Part shown: positions 42,642 through 53,104 of the stretch, piece by piece | How positions within the stretch are numbered: the first letter of the stretch is position 1 | Layout of the letters: every line of letters begins with the position of its first letter | Virus record (IMG/VR): IMGVR_UViG_3300031918_000015 | Coordinates: 1 to 64,000 of that record | Length of the DNA stretch: 64,000 bases | Source: an uncultured virus (IMG/VR IMGVR_UViG_3300031918_000015) | Taxonomy: Duplodnaviria > Heunggongvirae > Uroviricota > Caudoviricetes | Strand: one strand, 5' to 3' | Program-made: the position numbers and the translations under genes | The notes under the pieces: generated by a model | Seen by the model: only the letters and a program-made list of their open reading frames with translations | Databases searched by the model: none | Told to the model about the DNA's origin: nothing

Positions 42642-42965
42642 ATGAACAAAAACGACAGGAGATATTCAATGATGAATAAAGTTTTGTATGGTTGTATATA
42701 TGGTTTTATAGGTACTGAATCAGTTATAGTTGTTTCTAAGTTTTATACTATATTTAAAAATGATGCAATGGTTTATATTGGTGGAATTCCAATTGTTCCT
42801 TATTGGTTAGTAATTGAAGGTTCTATGATTGTAATTGCACCATTGCTTTTTAAATTAATAACTAACACTTATAAGAATGGTAGAGTAGTTGATAATAGTG
42901 AATTAGCAAATTTAATAAAGAAATTGAATAATAAAAAGAAGGAGATAACTAATGGAATTAAGTAG
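42642..42965 (+). CDS. Small two-TM membrane protein
   Basis: Two hydrophobic segments; overlaps the ftsK start. Confidence 0.65.
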   Translation: MNKNDRRYSMMNKVLYGCIYGFIGTESVIVVSKFYTIFKNDAMVYIGGIPIVPYWLVIEGSMIVIAPLLFKLITNTYKNGRVVDNSELANLIKKLNNKKKEITNGIK

Positions 42966-44616
42966 TATATATACTGAATACCAAATTAAAAAAGGTATAA
43001 AAAATAAATGGAAAATATTAATGGAACGTACAAACAATGTTGATATAACTAAAGATGTTGCAAAAAATAAAGGAGTTAGTGACTTTAATAAAAAGGCTAA
43101 TTATTACGTATTAGAAGATATTTTTATAAAACATTATGGCTTTGATGTAATTATAGTGCTACCTTATGGAAAAAGCTTAAATGATTTTAGAAAACTATTA
43201 CCAGCTATAAGTGTTATTTATAGGGGAGAAGTAATAGCAGAATATAGTTCTACAAAATCTAGTATTTATATGAGATACCATCTTGAAGGATTGGATATTA
43301 GTGAAATGAATGATATAAAATTTAAATGGTATCAAATGTTTAGTGATTCTAAGCAAAGAAATTATAATGGAGAAACCTTTTCGCTAGGAGAATCTGAAAA
43401 AATATATCATCCTACCCAAATAGATAAAAAGAATAACAAAATATTAATAGGTTATAGATTTAAAGTTTCTATTCCTAATGGACTTAGTTACGATTTGTTA
43501 GAAGGGAGCATAGTAGATTTGAATAAGGTATTTGGAATCTGTTCTTTGCATTTTAATGATACTGGAAATCAAACTACTATAGAAATAATGATAACTAAAT
43601 TACCTGATAAAGAAAAATTTGAACCTATTAAAGTAAAACCTTATGAATTATATTGTGGTATGACTCATTATTATAAGCCTATAATTTTAGACTTCTCTAT
43701 ATCTCCTAATGCTATTTGGGGAGGACAAGCAGGAAGTGGAAAGACAGTTTCTATGATAATGTCTGTTTTGAACTTAGTATTGCATAATGATGAAAAATCA
43801 GTTCAGCTATTTGTAACTATGCTGAGTTCAAAACAAGACCTTAAAGTTTTTAAAAAGATAAAACAATGTAAATATTATGCTAATACTTATCAAGATGCAT
43901 TAAAAGAATTGTTATTCTTAAGCAATGAAGTTACAAGGAGAAATAAACTGTTTGATAACGCAGATGAGTACGGTGGAATAGTTAATATATATGAATATAA
44001 TGATAGATTCCCAAGTAAAAAACTTCCACTAATTTATTTTTGTATAGATGAAATAGCGTCCTTTTCAGTAAACGGAACAGAAAATGATAAAAATGAAAAG
44101 AGAATGAAAGAATTATCAAGTAGTATAATGTGGCAAATTAATAGAGAAGGACGTAGTGCTGGTGTATATTGTTTACTTGCAACTCAGCGTGGAAGTGTAG
44201 CAAATCTGTCACCTGAAATTAAGAGTAATCTTGGAAATCAAATATGTTTTCATTTTTCTAATATACCTTCAGCAATGACTATACTAGGTGATGGAGAACT
44301 AGCTACTCTAGCAATAAGACAAAAACCACAAAGGGAATTTATTTGTGTTGCAGATCAAGTATATAATGGTAAGACACTTTATTTAACTACAGAAATGATG
44401 ATAAAATTTTTAAAGCCATTAATAAATATAAACAAAGAATTTATGACATTAGATAATAAAGGAAATATAGTTCAAAAAAATCAAGAAAAACTACAAGAAA
44501 TCAATGAAAATGAACAAAAAACAGAAGAAAAAGATAAAAAAGTTATTGATTTTACTAAAAAACCTGATAAATCTGAAAAAAGATGGTCTAAGTTTAAGAA
44601 ACAAAGGAGTGAATAA
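42952..44616 (+). CDS. FtsK/SpoIIIE-family ATPase
   Basis: GGQAGSGKT Walker A, CIDEIA Walker B, GRSAGV.LLATQR. Confidence 0.9.
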   Translation: MELSSIYTEYQIKKGIKNKWKILMERTNNVDITKDVAKNKGVSDFNKKANYYVLEDIFIKHYGFDVIIVLPYGKSLNDFRKLLPAISVIYRGEVIAEYSSTKSSIYMRYHLEGLDISEMNDIKFKWYQMFSDSKQRNYNGETFSLGESEKIYHPTQIDKKNNKILIGYRFKVSIPNGLSYDLLEGSIVDLNKVFGICSLHFNDTGNQTTIEIMITKLPDKEKFEPIKVKPYELYCGMTHYYKPIILDFSISPNAIWGGQAGSGKTVSMIMSVLNLVLHNDEKSVQLFVTMLSSKQDLKVFKKIKQCKYYANTYQDALKELLFLSNEVTRRNKLFDNADEYGGIVNIYEYNDRFPSKKLPLIYFCIDEIASFSVNGTENDKNEKRMKELSSSIMWQINREGRSAGVYCLLATQRGSVANLSPEIKSNLGNQICFHFSNIPSAMTILGDGELATLAIRQKPQREFICVADQVYNGKTLYLTTEMMIKFLKPLININKEFMTLDNKGNIVQKNQEKLQEINENEQKTEEKDKKVIDFTKKPDKSEKRWSKFKKQRSE

Positions 44617-44618
44617 TA

Positions 44619-45245
44619 ATGATTAGGTATACTCAAAAGATTAGAAATATACTTAATTTTATAGAAACATATGGATTTATTACTACTAGGATTTGTGCCA
44701 ATTTATTTTATAAAGAAGATAAATGTAAATTAGATGTAGCAAGAAGAGTTCTTAATAGATTAGTTGATAATAAAGATATTGTAGCTAATAAAAATAGCTA
44801 TGGTAGAGAGTTGATTTATCAATTCAAAAAGAATACAGTATCAGATCATAAATATTATTTATTAAATCTTTATGCAGAAATAAACAATATAGTAACTCAG
44901 ATAGATTATTTTAAATTAGAAGAGACATGGTCTTTATCTAAAAGAAGAAGTGATGCACATATAATTTTTCACAATAATGTAAATGGAAAACTTGATTTTA
45001 ATTCTTATTTAATAGAGTTTGATAAATATCATAAAACTAATCCAACTGAAAAATATAATTCAATTTATGATACAGAAGAAGTTCAAGAATGGTATAAGGA
45101 AAATCAAGACGAAGAAGATTACTTTCCAGATGTAATTATTATAAATTATAATGGACAATGTATCAAAAGTGATAGAGCTGAATACAAGATAATAGGACTT
45201 GATTATAATTTTACTGATTTACTACAAAAGATAGTATTGCCATGA
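44619..45245 (+). CDS. Replication-relaxation-like protein (wHTH plus PD-(D/E)xK)
   Basis: ARRVLNRLVD HTH; RSDAHI...YLIEFD; coupled to FtsK. Confidence 0.65.
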   Translation: MIRYTQKIRNILNFIETYGFITTRICANLFYKEDKCKLDVARRVLNRLVDNKDIVANKNSYGRELIYQFKKNTVSDHKYYLLNLYAEINNIVTQIDYFKLEETWSLSKRRSDAHIIFHNNVNGKLDFNSYLIEFDKYHKTNPTEKYNSIYDTEEVQEWYKENQDEEDYFPDVIIINYNGQCIKSDRAEYKIIGLDYNFTDLLQKIVLP

Positions 45246-45329
45246 GTTAAATGGGACTATGAATGTTTGTTGTAGTCCCAGTACATATATTTATATATGA
45301 ATAATTAATTGAGAAAGGAGAACAAACTA

Positions 45330-45497
45330 ATGACAACTGTAACTTTTAAACAATTTAAATCTGATTTTGAAAAGTATTATAAAGAAAAACTTATAGTAAT
45401 AAAAACAGAAGATGAGATGGAAATTACTATGAGCGATTTATATGATACCGACAATTACGAATTTGATTGGGAAAATAACATTATAGAAATATATTAA
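45330..45497 (+). CDS. Small hypothetical protein
   Basis: AAAGGAG RBS before MTTVTF. Confidence 0.55.
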   Translation: MTTVTFKQFKSDFEKYYKEKLIVIKTEDEMEITMSDLYDTDNYEFDWENNIIEIY

Positions 45498-45529
45498 AAA
45501 TAATTTAAATTACAAAAGGAGAGAAAGAA

Positions 45530-46117
45530 ATGAAAAAACAAAGTATATTTAAGAAAAGTATTAAACAATCATTAATATTTAGTGGTATATTAGGATTCTT
45601 AGCAATTAATGTTCTTATGTTATATAACTCTATGGACAATATATTTGAAAGAATGGCAGTTGCTATATTAGGAGTGGGTTTATTAATACCAATGATACCT
45701 ATTATAGTTGTATTTTTGTTCAATATTGTTCTTGGTAGTCTTAAACTAATAGGATTGGATTCTAATGGTACTTGTAATGAGTTTAATACAAATATATCTA
45801 AGTCAATCTCAAAGCCTAATACAGTAGCAGACAAGCATGAACTTAAGGTTGTGACTACTGATGGTTATATGGAGTTTAATAATATACTTAAAGCTAGTGT
45901 AAAAAACAAACTAATGAATAGAGATTGTATATTAAGACTTAAATACGAATTAAACTATAGACTTGGTGTTCATATAGAAGTTTATAAGAATTTTGAATTT
46001 AAGAATGATATGCATTACATTTATACTTTGAGTAAAAGCTCTGTATTAACTAAAGACGATTATTTGTATTTAACAAACTTCATAAGTAATAATTTGATTT
46101 TACCAAAAGAAGCTTAG
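45530..46117 (+). CDS. Membrane protein (two N-terminal TMs)
   Basis: Hydrophobic N-terminus; AAAGGAG RBS. Confidence 0.7.
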   Translation: MKKQSIFKKSIKQSLIFSGILGFLAINVLMLYNSMDNIFERMAVAILGVGLLIPMIPIIVVFLFNIVLGSLKLIGLDSNGTCNEFNTNISKSISKPNTVADKHELKVVTTDGYMEFNNILKASVKNKLMNRDCILRLKYELNYRLGVHIEVYKNFEFKNDMHYIYTLSKSSVLTKDDYLYLTNFISNNLILPKEA

Positions 46118-46649
46118 TTTTTCTTTGGTCTAGCAGATATTACTTCAAGTAGGTGAGAAATAGATTATTGTATTTGATTTTTGGATTATCCACTAGCATT
46201 TATATTCTATTCTTCTCCTTACTTTTATCCTACATATAGTTAGTTTGAGGATTATGTTTAATATATCAGTTAAACTAGTCCTTTTATTTTGTACTTATTT
46301 ATAATATGTTTTAGTAGTCTATTTCAATTGTATTTTTATTTGTAGTATTATATATCATTGACTCATTGACTATTGAAGGGTTTAAAACCAGTCATAGCCG
46401 ACTTGAATTTATTCAATAAGATAATAAAAGTAATAGGGGGAGAGAGAATAGAAGTAATAAGACCGAAAAACGGAATCATTCACCTAAGGAATTGAATTGC
46501 GACTTGCGTTCTATATTCTATTTGAGATTGTATACATTAATAGTATTAACCATTAGATAAATTTCTATACATTAAATATTATTAATTTGTAAATTATTTT
46601 TAAGGACTGGCATATAATATATAAAATGATTGATTTGAGGTATAAATTA

Positions 46650-47000
46650 TGAGTGATGAGGAAGATTATAAATTAGTAGTTAACACAAGTTTTATTTTAG
46701 ATAATGATGTAGAGCTGACTATTGTTTTTTGCAAAGTAAAAGTGTAACATTATGCAATACAACTAATTGGAATTATCATCTTTGCATTTGCAGGTTAAGA
46801 AATGGATTGTGGCATATTTATTAAGAGCTCAAGGAGAAAGAATGCTTATACTCCGTGGTTTCACTCTTAACCTAATAATACATATGCCAGACGGTAATTA
46901 AGAACCTTCAAAATATTCTATAACTATTGGAAATATCTTAATAGAAAAATCATTGCGTTTTGTTACACTTTGCTATTGCACTATACACTATTAAGAATAT
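46650..47000 (+). pseudogene. Degraded gene fragment
   Basis: GAGG RBS and ATG, coding-like text broken by several stops and frame changes. Confidence 0.35.
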
Positions 47001-47850
47001 AAACATTGATACATTAAATAAACTAAATAAGGATAGTATAATCAATCTAATAATGTTCAAATGGTATATGTATACTATCTATGATGTAGTGGATTGTTTA
47101 GGAGAAAAATATGTTATTGTAGGCAAGACTAAAAAGAAAATAGAATTGGTTAGATATAATATTAAGAAAGAAACAAGACAAATGCAAAATGTAGAATAGA
47201 TATATGGTTTTTAATACTTTATTACTTGAAGTAGTTAAAGGGTTTTTAATAACTTGTTATATTATTTATTCTACATTTATATAAGGCTAGGGTAGTATGT
47301 AGGTACTTATATTTTAGATTTAAAAAGTACGCCCCCTCCCTATGCTTCTATTATTGCAAATTCTATTTACCATAATTTACATCTATAAATAATTAGTAGT
47401 TTAGTATATAATTCAGTTGTGTAAAGTTTTTTGATTATTTATTAATCTTTATTTTTAATAAATTTAATCTTTTACCCTTATAGTAAGATTGTCTGTAAAA
47501 GGACAGTCTTATTTTTATGTTTATTTTTAACTGTTGATATTTTATAGTTATTATTGATTGTACAAGCTCCATGTGTAGATTTTTAATAGGGTATTTTAGT
47601 TTTTAGGTAAATAGTAGTTGTGTGATAGGAGAGTAGTATTAGAATTGATGTGAAAGTTGTTATATTTAATTTTTAGAATTTAGTATTTTTAGTTTGGAAT
47701 TATAATTCACGATATCAACATTTAAATAAATTAATAGAATCAAGTTGACAATCATTATTAAAAGTTATAATATAGGAGTTGGACAAGTGTTTCTATTTGT
47801 TCAAAAGGGTTTACAGTGAAACAAATTAATAGAAGAAAGAGAGTGGTTTT

Positions 47851-48633
47851 ATGGGAAACAAATTAGAAAAGGACAAGCTAGAAAGAATGGGTATGAGTAA
47901 AATAATGAGATGCTGTGAAAAGGAGGCTACAATAATTGAATATAATTCAGCTATTGATATAGTAGTTATGTTCAAGGAAACAGGAGAATTAAAAAACACG
48001 ACTTATGGATGTTTTAAAAATGGATCAATAAAAAGTCACTTTTCACCAACAGTTTATGAAGTAGGAATAGTTGGACTAGAGAAAACTAAAAATGGGAATG
48101 ATGTTTTTTATAATAGTTATACCATTTGGCATGGTATGATAGAACGTTGTTATAGTAAAAAATATAAAGATAAACATTTGACATATAAAAATGTAACTTG
48201 TTGTGATGAATGGTTATGTTATAAAAACTTTAAAGAGTGGTATAATGATAATCATTACGAAGTAGAAGGACAAAGAATGGCTCTAGATAAAGATATTTTG
48301 GTTAAGGGTAATAAAATATACAGTCCAGAAACTTGTGTTTTTGTACCACAAAGAATAAATGTATTATTTACTAAATGTAATAGGACAAGAGGAATATATC
48401 CAATAGGAGTTAATTATTTTAAAATAGAAAACAAGTATAGAGCACAATGTAATTGTGATAAAAAAGGAAATATAACAATAGGTTTGTTTAATAATACTGA
48501 TGATGCTTTTTATAAAGGTTACAAACCATTTAAAGAAAAATATATAAAAGAAATTGCTGATGAATACAAAGATAAGATACCAAATAAGTTATTTAATGCT
48601 ATGTACAATTGGAAAGTGGAAATTACTGATTAA
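47851..48633 (+). CDS. HNH-AP2 type homing endonuclease-like protein
   Basis: WHGMIERCY, CDEWLCYKNFKEW, LDKDIL...YSPETCVFVP, AP2-like C-terminus. Confidence 0.8.
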   Translation: MGNKLEKDKLERMGMSKIMRCCEKEATIIEYNSAIDIVVMFKETGELKNTTYGCFKNGSIKSHFSPTVYEVGIVGLEKTKNGNDVFYNSYTIWHGMIERCYSKKYKDKHLTYKNVTCCDEWLCYKNFKEWYNDNHYEVEGQRMALDKDILVKGNKIYSPETCVFVPQRINVLFTKCNRTRGIYPIGVNYFKIENKYRAQCNCDKKGNITIGLFNNTDDAFYKGYKPFKEKYIKEIADEYKDKIPNKLFNAMYNWKVEITD

Positions 48634-48658
48634 AATACATATTTAATAAATTAATGCA

Positions 48659-48700
48659 AATAGGCATTGCGAATAAAGCCTTTCGTAATGCCTATTTTTT
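48659..48700 (+). terminator. Intrinsic terminator
   Basis: AATAGGCATTGCGAA...TTCGTAATGCCTATT followed by TTTT. Confidence 0.8.
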
Positions 48701-48875
48701 GAGTGGATTAAAATAGGTGTTAGAGTAGTAATACCAATGGTTTAAAGATGTTTATATAGCGTAGAATAGTAGTGGTTAATCGGTGTTACATAGTACGTAT
48801 CGTTCAATAGGTTAGTGTCACTAGGTTTGAGGGTTATTAGGTTTAATTATTTGGTAATTATAGTTTATTTATTTT

Positions 48876-48902
48876 ATGTCAGACGTTGGTATTACTGGGG
48901 TT
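48876..48902. repeat. 27-bp site, inverted copy of 29341-29367
   Basis: ATGTCAGACGTTGGTATTACTGGGGTT. Confidence 0.9.
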
Positions 48903-49557
48903 GACGATCACTCTTACGATGTTAATGTTCGTGTTTTTAGCCTTCGTTACCAAAATTGTCCATATAGACGAGTACAACACATCAGCGTTCAATCTCTGAA
49001 CATGACTTACCAAAATATGTATTATACGCCCCCATCCAAGCAATACGCTCATTCCAATTCCATCCAATTGAACCAACAAACATAAATATACCATTTTTTA
49101 CACCATCAAACCTATGAAACCAAGTCATACCAACGGTTTCAGCTTAACAGTGTGAAATACATATTTCATATATAAACATATCCTAATAATTGGTAACTAA
49201 TTTACTGCTTTTATGAGTTGCAGATACTTTAATATTATCCAATTAGCATCTTAAAATCAATTTCATATCAACTTATATTGGATTACTGAAAACTGGTGAC
49301 ATTTTCAAAACACGAACACTTTTTGTATATAGTTGTTTATTTTTCGTTTTAAAGTTTAAAAGCTACTGCAATGTGTTCTATCTGTACTATATCAAGTAGT
49401 ACACTATTATCAATACATAAATATAACTATAATAGCACATAGTTTTAATAACTACATGATGTTAATATACATATAATAACATCCTAAATATAAGCAAATA
49501 AAATAGAGTAGTATGTTTCAACTACTCTCATATAATATTATATTAATTTATTATGTA

Positions 49558-50520
49558 TTAACCTTGATATGCTTGTCTAACTTCAATGGCTTTTTCAATT
49601 GTATCATAATGTCCTAAATAAATATGCTTACCATTAATTTGAAATTCAACTTTCCATCTGTCTTTATTATTTCCACTTCCTTTAAATACACCTTTGACAC
49701 CATGCTCATTGCCTTTCTTTCTAGGTGTATATTGTTTAACTTCATATTCTCCATGTTCATCAATTCCATACTGTGTACCATACTGTGTATATAGATGACG
49801 TTGAGGTGCAAACTCTTTCATATAATAAACCTCAGCTTTTAATCTTTCTTTTATTGCATCTTCTTTATTATTATATTCACCTAATGATATTACTTTACTT
49901 TTAACAGTTATATTTGCTTGCCAAGTATCTCTCTGTTTAATATAGCATATTCCTATTATTCCAGTAGTATTTGTTTTAGATAAACTATTATTCATTCCAT
50001 TTTCTTGTGGTGTACAGATTCTAAGATTTCCCTTTCTATTATCTAAAGGATTATGGTTAATATGATCAACAACTAGATTATCATCATTACAATTCATTAG
50101 TAATCTATGTAGCCAAGTATTTCCAGAATGCACATGTAAATTAACTTCACAATTCCATTTATATTCTTTTAATTTATCAACATCTTCAATATCAATAATT
50201 GCTCTAGCTTTTTCATAACACTTAGTATCATACATTACTATCTCTGCATAATCTTCATACAATACTATTTCATTAGAATCATAATGACTTCTATTAGGAT
50301 TAGAATCAGTTATTTTACCATTATATCTAAGCTGATTAATATGCCTCATACAATATCCATTAGCACGAGAAAATTTTTCACATCCTTCAACTTTACATTT
50401 TGGAGTATCTTTTTTAAGTTCACCATTGTAAAGTAACTTTTGATAGCAACCACTACAATATCCACGAGCATGAATAACTTTCTCCTTTCCGCAGTTTTTA
50501 CAAATTTGTTTTTCTTTCAT
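49558..50520 (-). CDS. HNH endonuclease with Zn fingers and two AP2 domains
   Basis: LHRLLM...VVDHINHNPLDNRKGNLRICTPQEN; WQANI...LGEY and WKVEF...YLGHY. Confidence 0.9.
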   Translation of the reverse strand: MKEKQICKNCGKEKVIHARGYCSGCYQKLLYNGELKKDTPKCKVEGCEKFSRANGYCMRHINQLRYNGKITDSNPNRSHYDSNEIVLYEDYAEIVMYDTKCYEKARAIIDIEDVDKLKEYKWNCEVNLHVHSGNTWLHRLLMNCNDDNLVVDHINHNPLDNRKGNLRICTPQENGMNNSLSKTNTTGIIGICYIKQRDTWQANITVKSKVISLGEYNNKEDAIKERLKAEVYYMKEFAPQRHLYTQYGTQYGIDEHGEYEVKQYTPRKKGNEHGVKGVFKGSGNNKDRWKVEFQINGKHIYLGHYDTIEKAIEVRQAYQG

Positions 50521-51063
50521 AATTTATCAATTCCTTTCTTATTTATATTAATTTATTGTCAAATTAATTTTATCATATTTAGAATTAGTTTGCAATGATT
50601 TTGTTAATTTATTAAAGATATGATAAAATACTATTATAACCAACTAAACAACCTCATACAAAACCAAACAATCAACACATCCAATTGCATTACTACTATT
50701 AATAAGACTCAACACAGTGTCAATATGAAGCACAACATATGAATAACTAACAATGCCATAAACATATAACAGATATACTAAATCATCTTATACAATAGAT
50801 ATAACAACTCAATAACTGGAATGAATACGTCAATACATCTTATATAAGCAACTAATAATAACAATGCAATTACACTAGCATATAGATACAACAATATACA
50901 GACTCTAAGAACGTCATTGTATTGGATATAATAGAGTACATATACTTATAATAATTTTATTTACTTATATTAATTTATTGACTTTACATAAGAATAAGAG
51001 TATAATTAAAGATGTGGTAAGGGATTACAACTTTACCAAATAAATATAAGTGGGTGGTAAAAT

Positions 51064-51195
51064 GTGATAAAAAGAATGGAGAGAAGGAAACAACAAAGGA
51101 ACGACAAAAGAGGTTCAATACTTTTCATATTAGCAATTATAAATACGTTGATTGGAGTCATAACATTTATAATTAATAATATATTCAAAAAGTAA
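51064..51195 (+). CDS. 43-aa single-TM peptide (type I toxin-like)
   Basis: Not in track. VIKRMERRKQQRNDKRGSILFILAIINTLIGVITFIINNIFKK* behind a TTGACT/TATAAT promoter. Confidence 0.55.
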   Translation: MIKRMERRKQQRNDKRGSILFILAIINTLIGVITFIINNIFKK

Positions 51196-51328
51196 TAAAC
51201 CTCAAACCTTTTGGGAATCACTTAAAAAGTGGTTTCCACTCTTAAAATTCTTTGATATCATTATAATATATAAATATAAACTAATCAATAGTTAATAATA
51301 TCTATTTAATAAAGGAGGTATAAAGAAT

Positions 51329-51415
51329 ATGAATAAAGATACTAAGCAGAATATAACAATAATCTTAATAGTAATAAGTATAATATTATCAATCATAAAT
51401 TTAATATACAAATAG
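51329..51415 (+). CDS. 28-aa single-TM peptide
   Basis: Not in track. AAAGGAGGT RBS; MNKDTKQNITIILIVISIILSIINLIYK*. Confidence 0.55.
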   Translation: MNKDTKQNITIILIVISIILSIINLIYK

Positions 51416-51575
51416 GGTTGCTTTATGCAATCCAGTACATAATTGATAATAAAATCATCTAATAGAAATATTAACAAATTAACACAAATACTTCTTGACT
51501 TTAATATGCAACAAGTGTAATATAAGAGATAAGAAGTACATGAACAAATTAATAGAACGAAAGGAAGTTATAATT

Positions 51576-52136
51576 ATGAAAACTAAACAATAATATGTAA
51601 GTGAAATAGAAAAAGAATGTATTGAAGCAAGAATTGAATTCTCTGACATTATAAAAAATCAATTTGAAGGTGAATGGTTTGAATATGTAATTAACGGAAT
51701 TAAAGATGGTGGAAAAATATCTCAAGAGATTTTTGAAAGTTTAGACGAATTACAAAAGTACTATCTAAATAAACATTTTATGTTACAAGGAGTTAATATA
51801 ATAGAAGAAAATAAAGTTGAAGAAGAAACTGTAGAAGAAATTAAAATTGAAGTTGTTAAATATAATAAAGGAATGTATGTTTAAACCGTTGAAGGAAAAG
51901 AAGTTGAAATAGAAAATATGATTTTTGGAATATATGAGAATACTGAAGATACATATGAAAAACAAAATAAATGGTTTATAATAGATTTGAAATCAGGAAT
52001 TTCAATTGCTCATGGATCAACTGAAGAAGAAGCGTTAAATGATGCAAAATTAAATATGGTTATGTTTAAAGAGAAACAACTAGAAGATTCCTATAAAGAA
52101 ATGATTGAAAAATTTGAGCTATTAAAAGTAAGTTAA
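51576..52136 (+). pseudogene. Early gene interrupted by two in-frame TAA codons
   Basis: RBS and ATG at 51576; frame continuous into track ORF 51918-52136 except TAA at 51591 and 51882. Confidence 0.7.
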
Positions 52137-52197
52137 ATATAATATTATCAAGTTAAACAAACTAAAAACAAAATAAATTAATAGGAGTGATTTTAAA

Positions 52198-52626
52198 ATG
52201 AATAAGTATTCAGTATTAAAGGAACAACATCAAAAGGAAATAAACGACTTTCCACTAATGTTTGCATTCAGTAACAAACAATTTGCTGAGGGTATGGAAA
52301 AGTTAGGATTAAAAGAAAATGACACCGATAAAATAATTTCTATAGGTGCTGGTGGATATATGAAAAAATCAGACGAAAAAGCTTTTGATGATATATTAGC
52401 AAGACACGAGGTAGAAAGAAAAGAAGAAGTAAACAACGATACAGACGGAACTGGCTATATATTAGATATGTTTAGTTATGAGTTGTCAAACCATGAATAT
52501 TGTTATACTGGAGATATTAGCGACACTTTAGAGTGTTTGGGATATACTAGAGAAGAAATAAACCAAGATGCAAAACTGTTAAAAGGATTGAATTTAGCTA
52601 TTAATAAATGTAAATATGAAGATTAA
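52198..52626 (+). CDS. Conserved phage/ICE hypothetical protein
   Basis: FAFSNKQFAEGM...IGAGGY...FSYELSNHEY; AGGAG RBS. Confidence 0.75.
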   Translation: MNKYSVLKEQHQKEINDFPLMFAFSNKQFAEGMEKLGLKENDTDKIISIGAGGYMKKSDEKAFDDILARHEVERKEEVNNDTDGTGYILDMFSYELSNHEYCYTGDISDTLECLGYTREEINQDAKLLKGLNLAINKCKYED

Positions 52627-52879
52627 AAATAAAAAAATAATATTAATAAAAAATTATTACAATCTGAAATGATTGTTTAATATAGATAGAGTATAATACA
52701 ATCCACAAACAAGTGGTTAATATAGATAAAGACTAGCTTTTTAAAAATAATTAGAAAGTTAGTCTTAAAGTGCATTAATGAATAATATTGAAAGGTGGCT
52801 TGATAAGATGCTGAGATATTGAATAAATTAATAGAGAATAAAACTTAATCAAAAATCAAAAGTAAAGGAATGATTAATT

Positions 52880-53071
52880 ATGACAAATAATTATTATTGT
52901 TATAATCCAGTAAAGAAAGACTTCATTTGCAACATGGGACAAGTATATATTGATACTGGAAAACATTATACAACTAATAAAGAATTTTGGATATTTGAAA
53001 GAGGTGATAAGCTTGATAGTATTTTAAAGAAGTGGAGAATATTCCAAAACATGAGATTTGAACAAAATTAA
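52880..53071 (+). CDS. Small DUF5659-like protein
   Basis: YYCYNP...GKHYTTNKEFWIFER...LKKW. Confidence 0.6.
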   Translation: MTNNYYCYNPVKKDFICNMGQVYIDTGKHYTTNKEFWIFERGDKLDSILKKWRIFQNMRFEQN

Positions 53072-53104
53072 AAAATACAAAATAAGAGAGGAATTAAAAA
53101 CTAT

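Noticed and set aside
48876..49094. Two overlapping opposite-strand ORFs (69 and 71 aa)
   Set aside because: No RBS and atypical composition; better explained as a non-coding cis-acting tract
51033..51965. Minus-strand hydrophobic ORFs 51033-51221, 51292-51477 and 51783-51965
   Set aside because: They are shadows of plus-strand small genes that have promoters and RBSs
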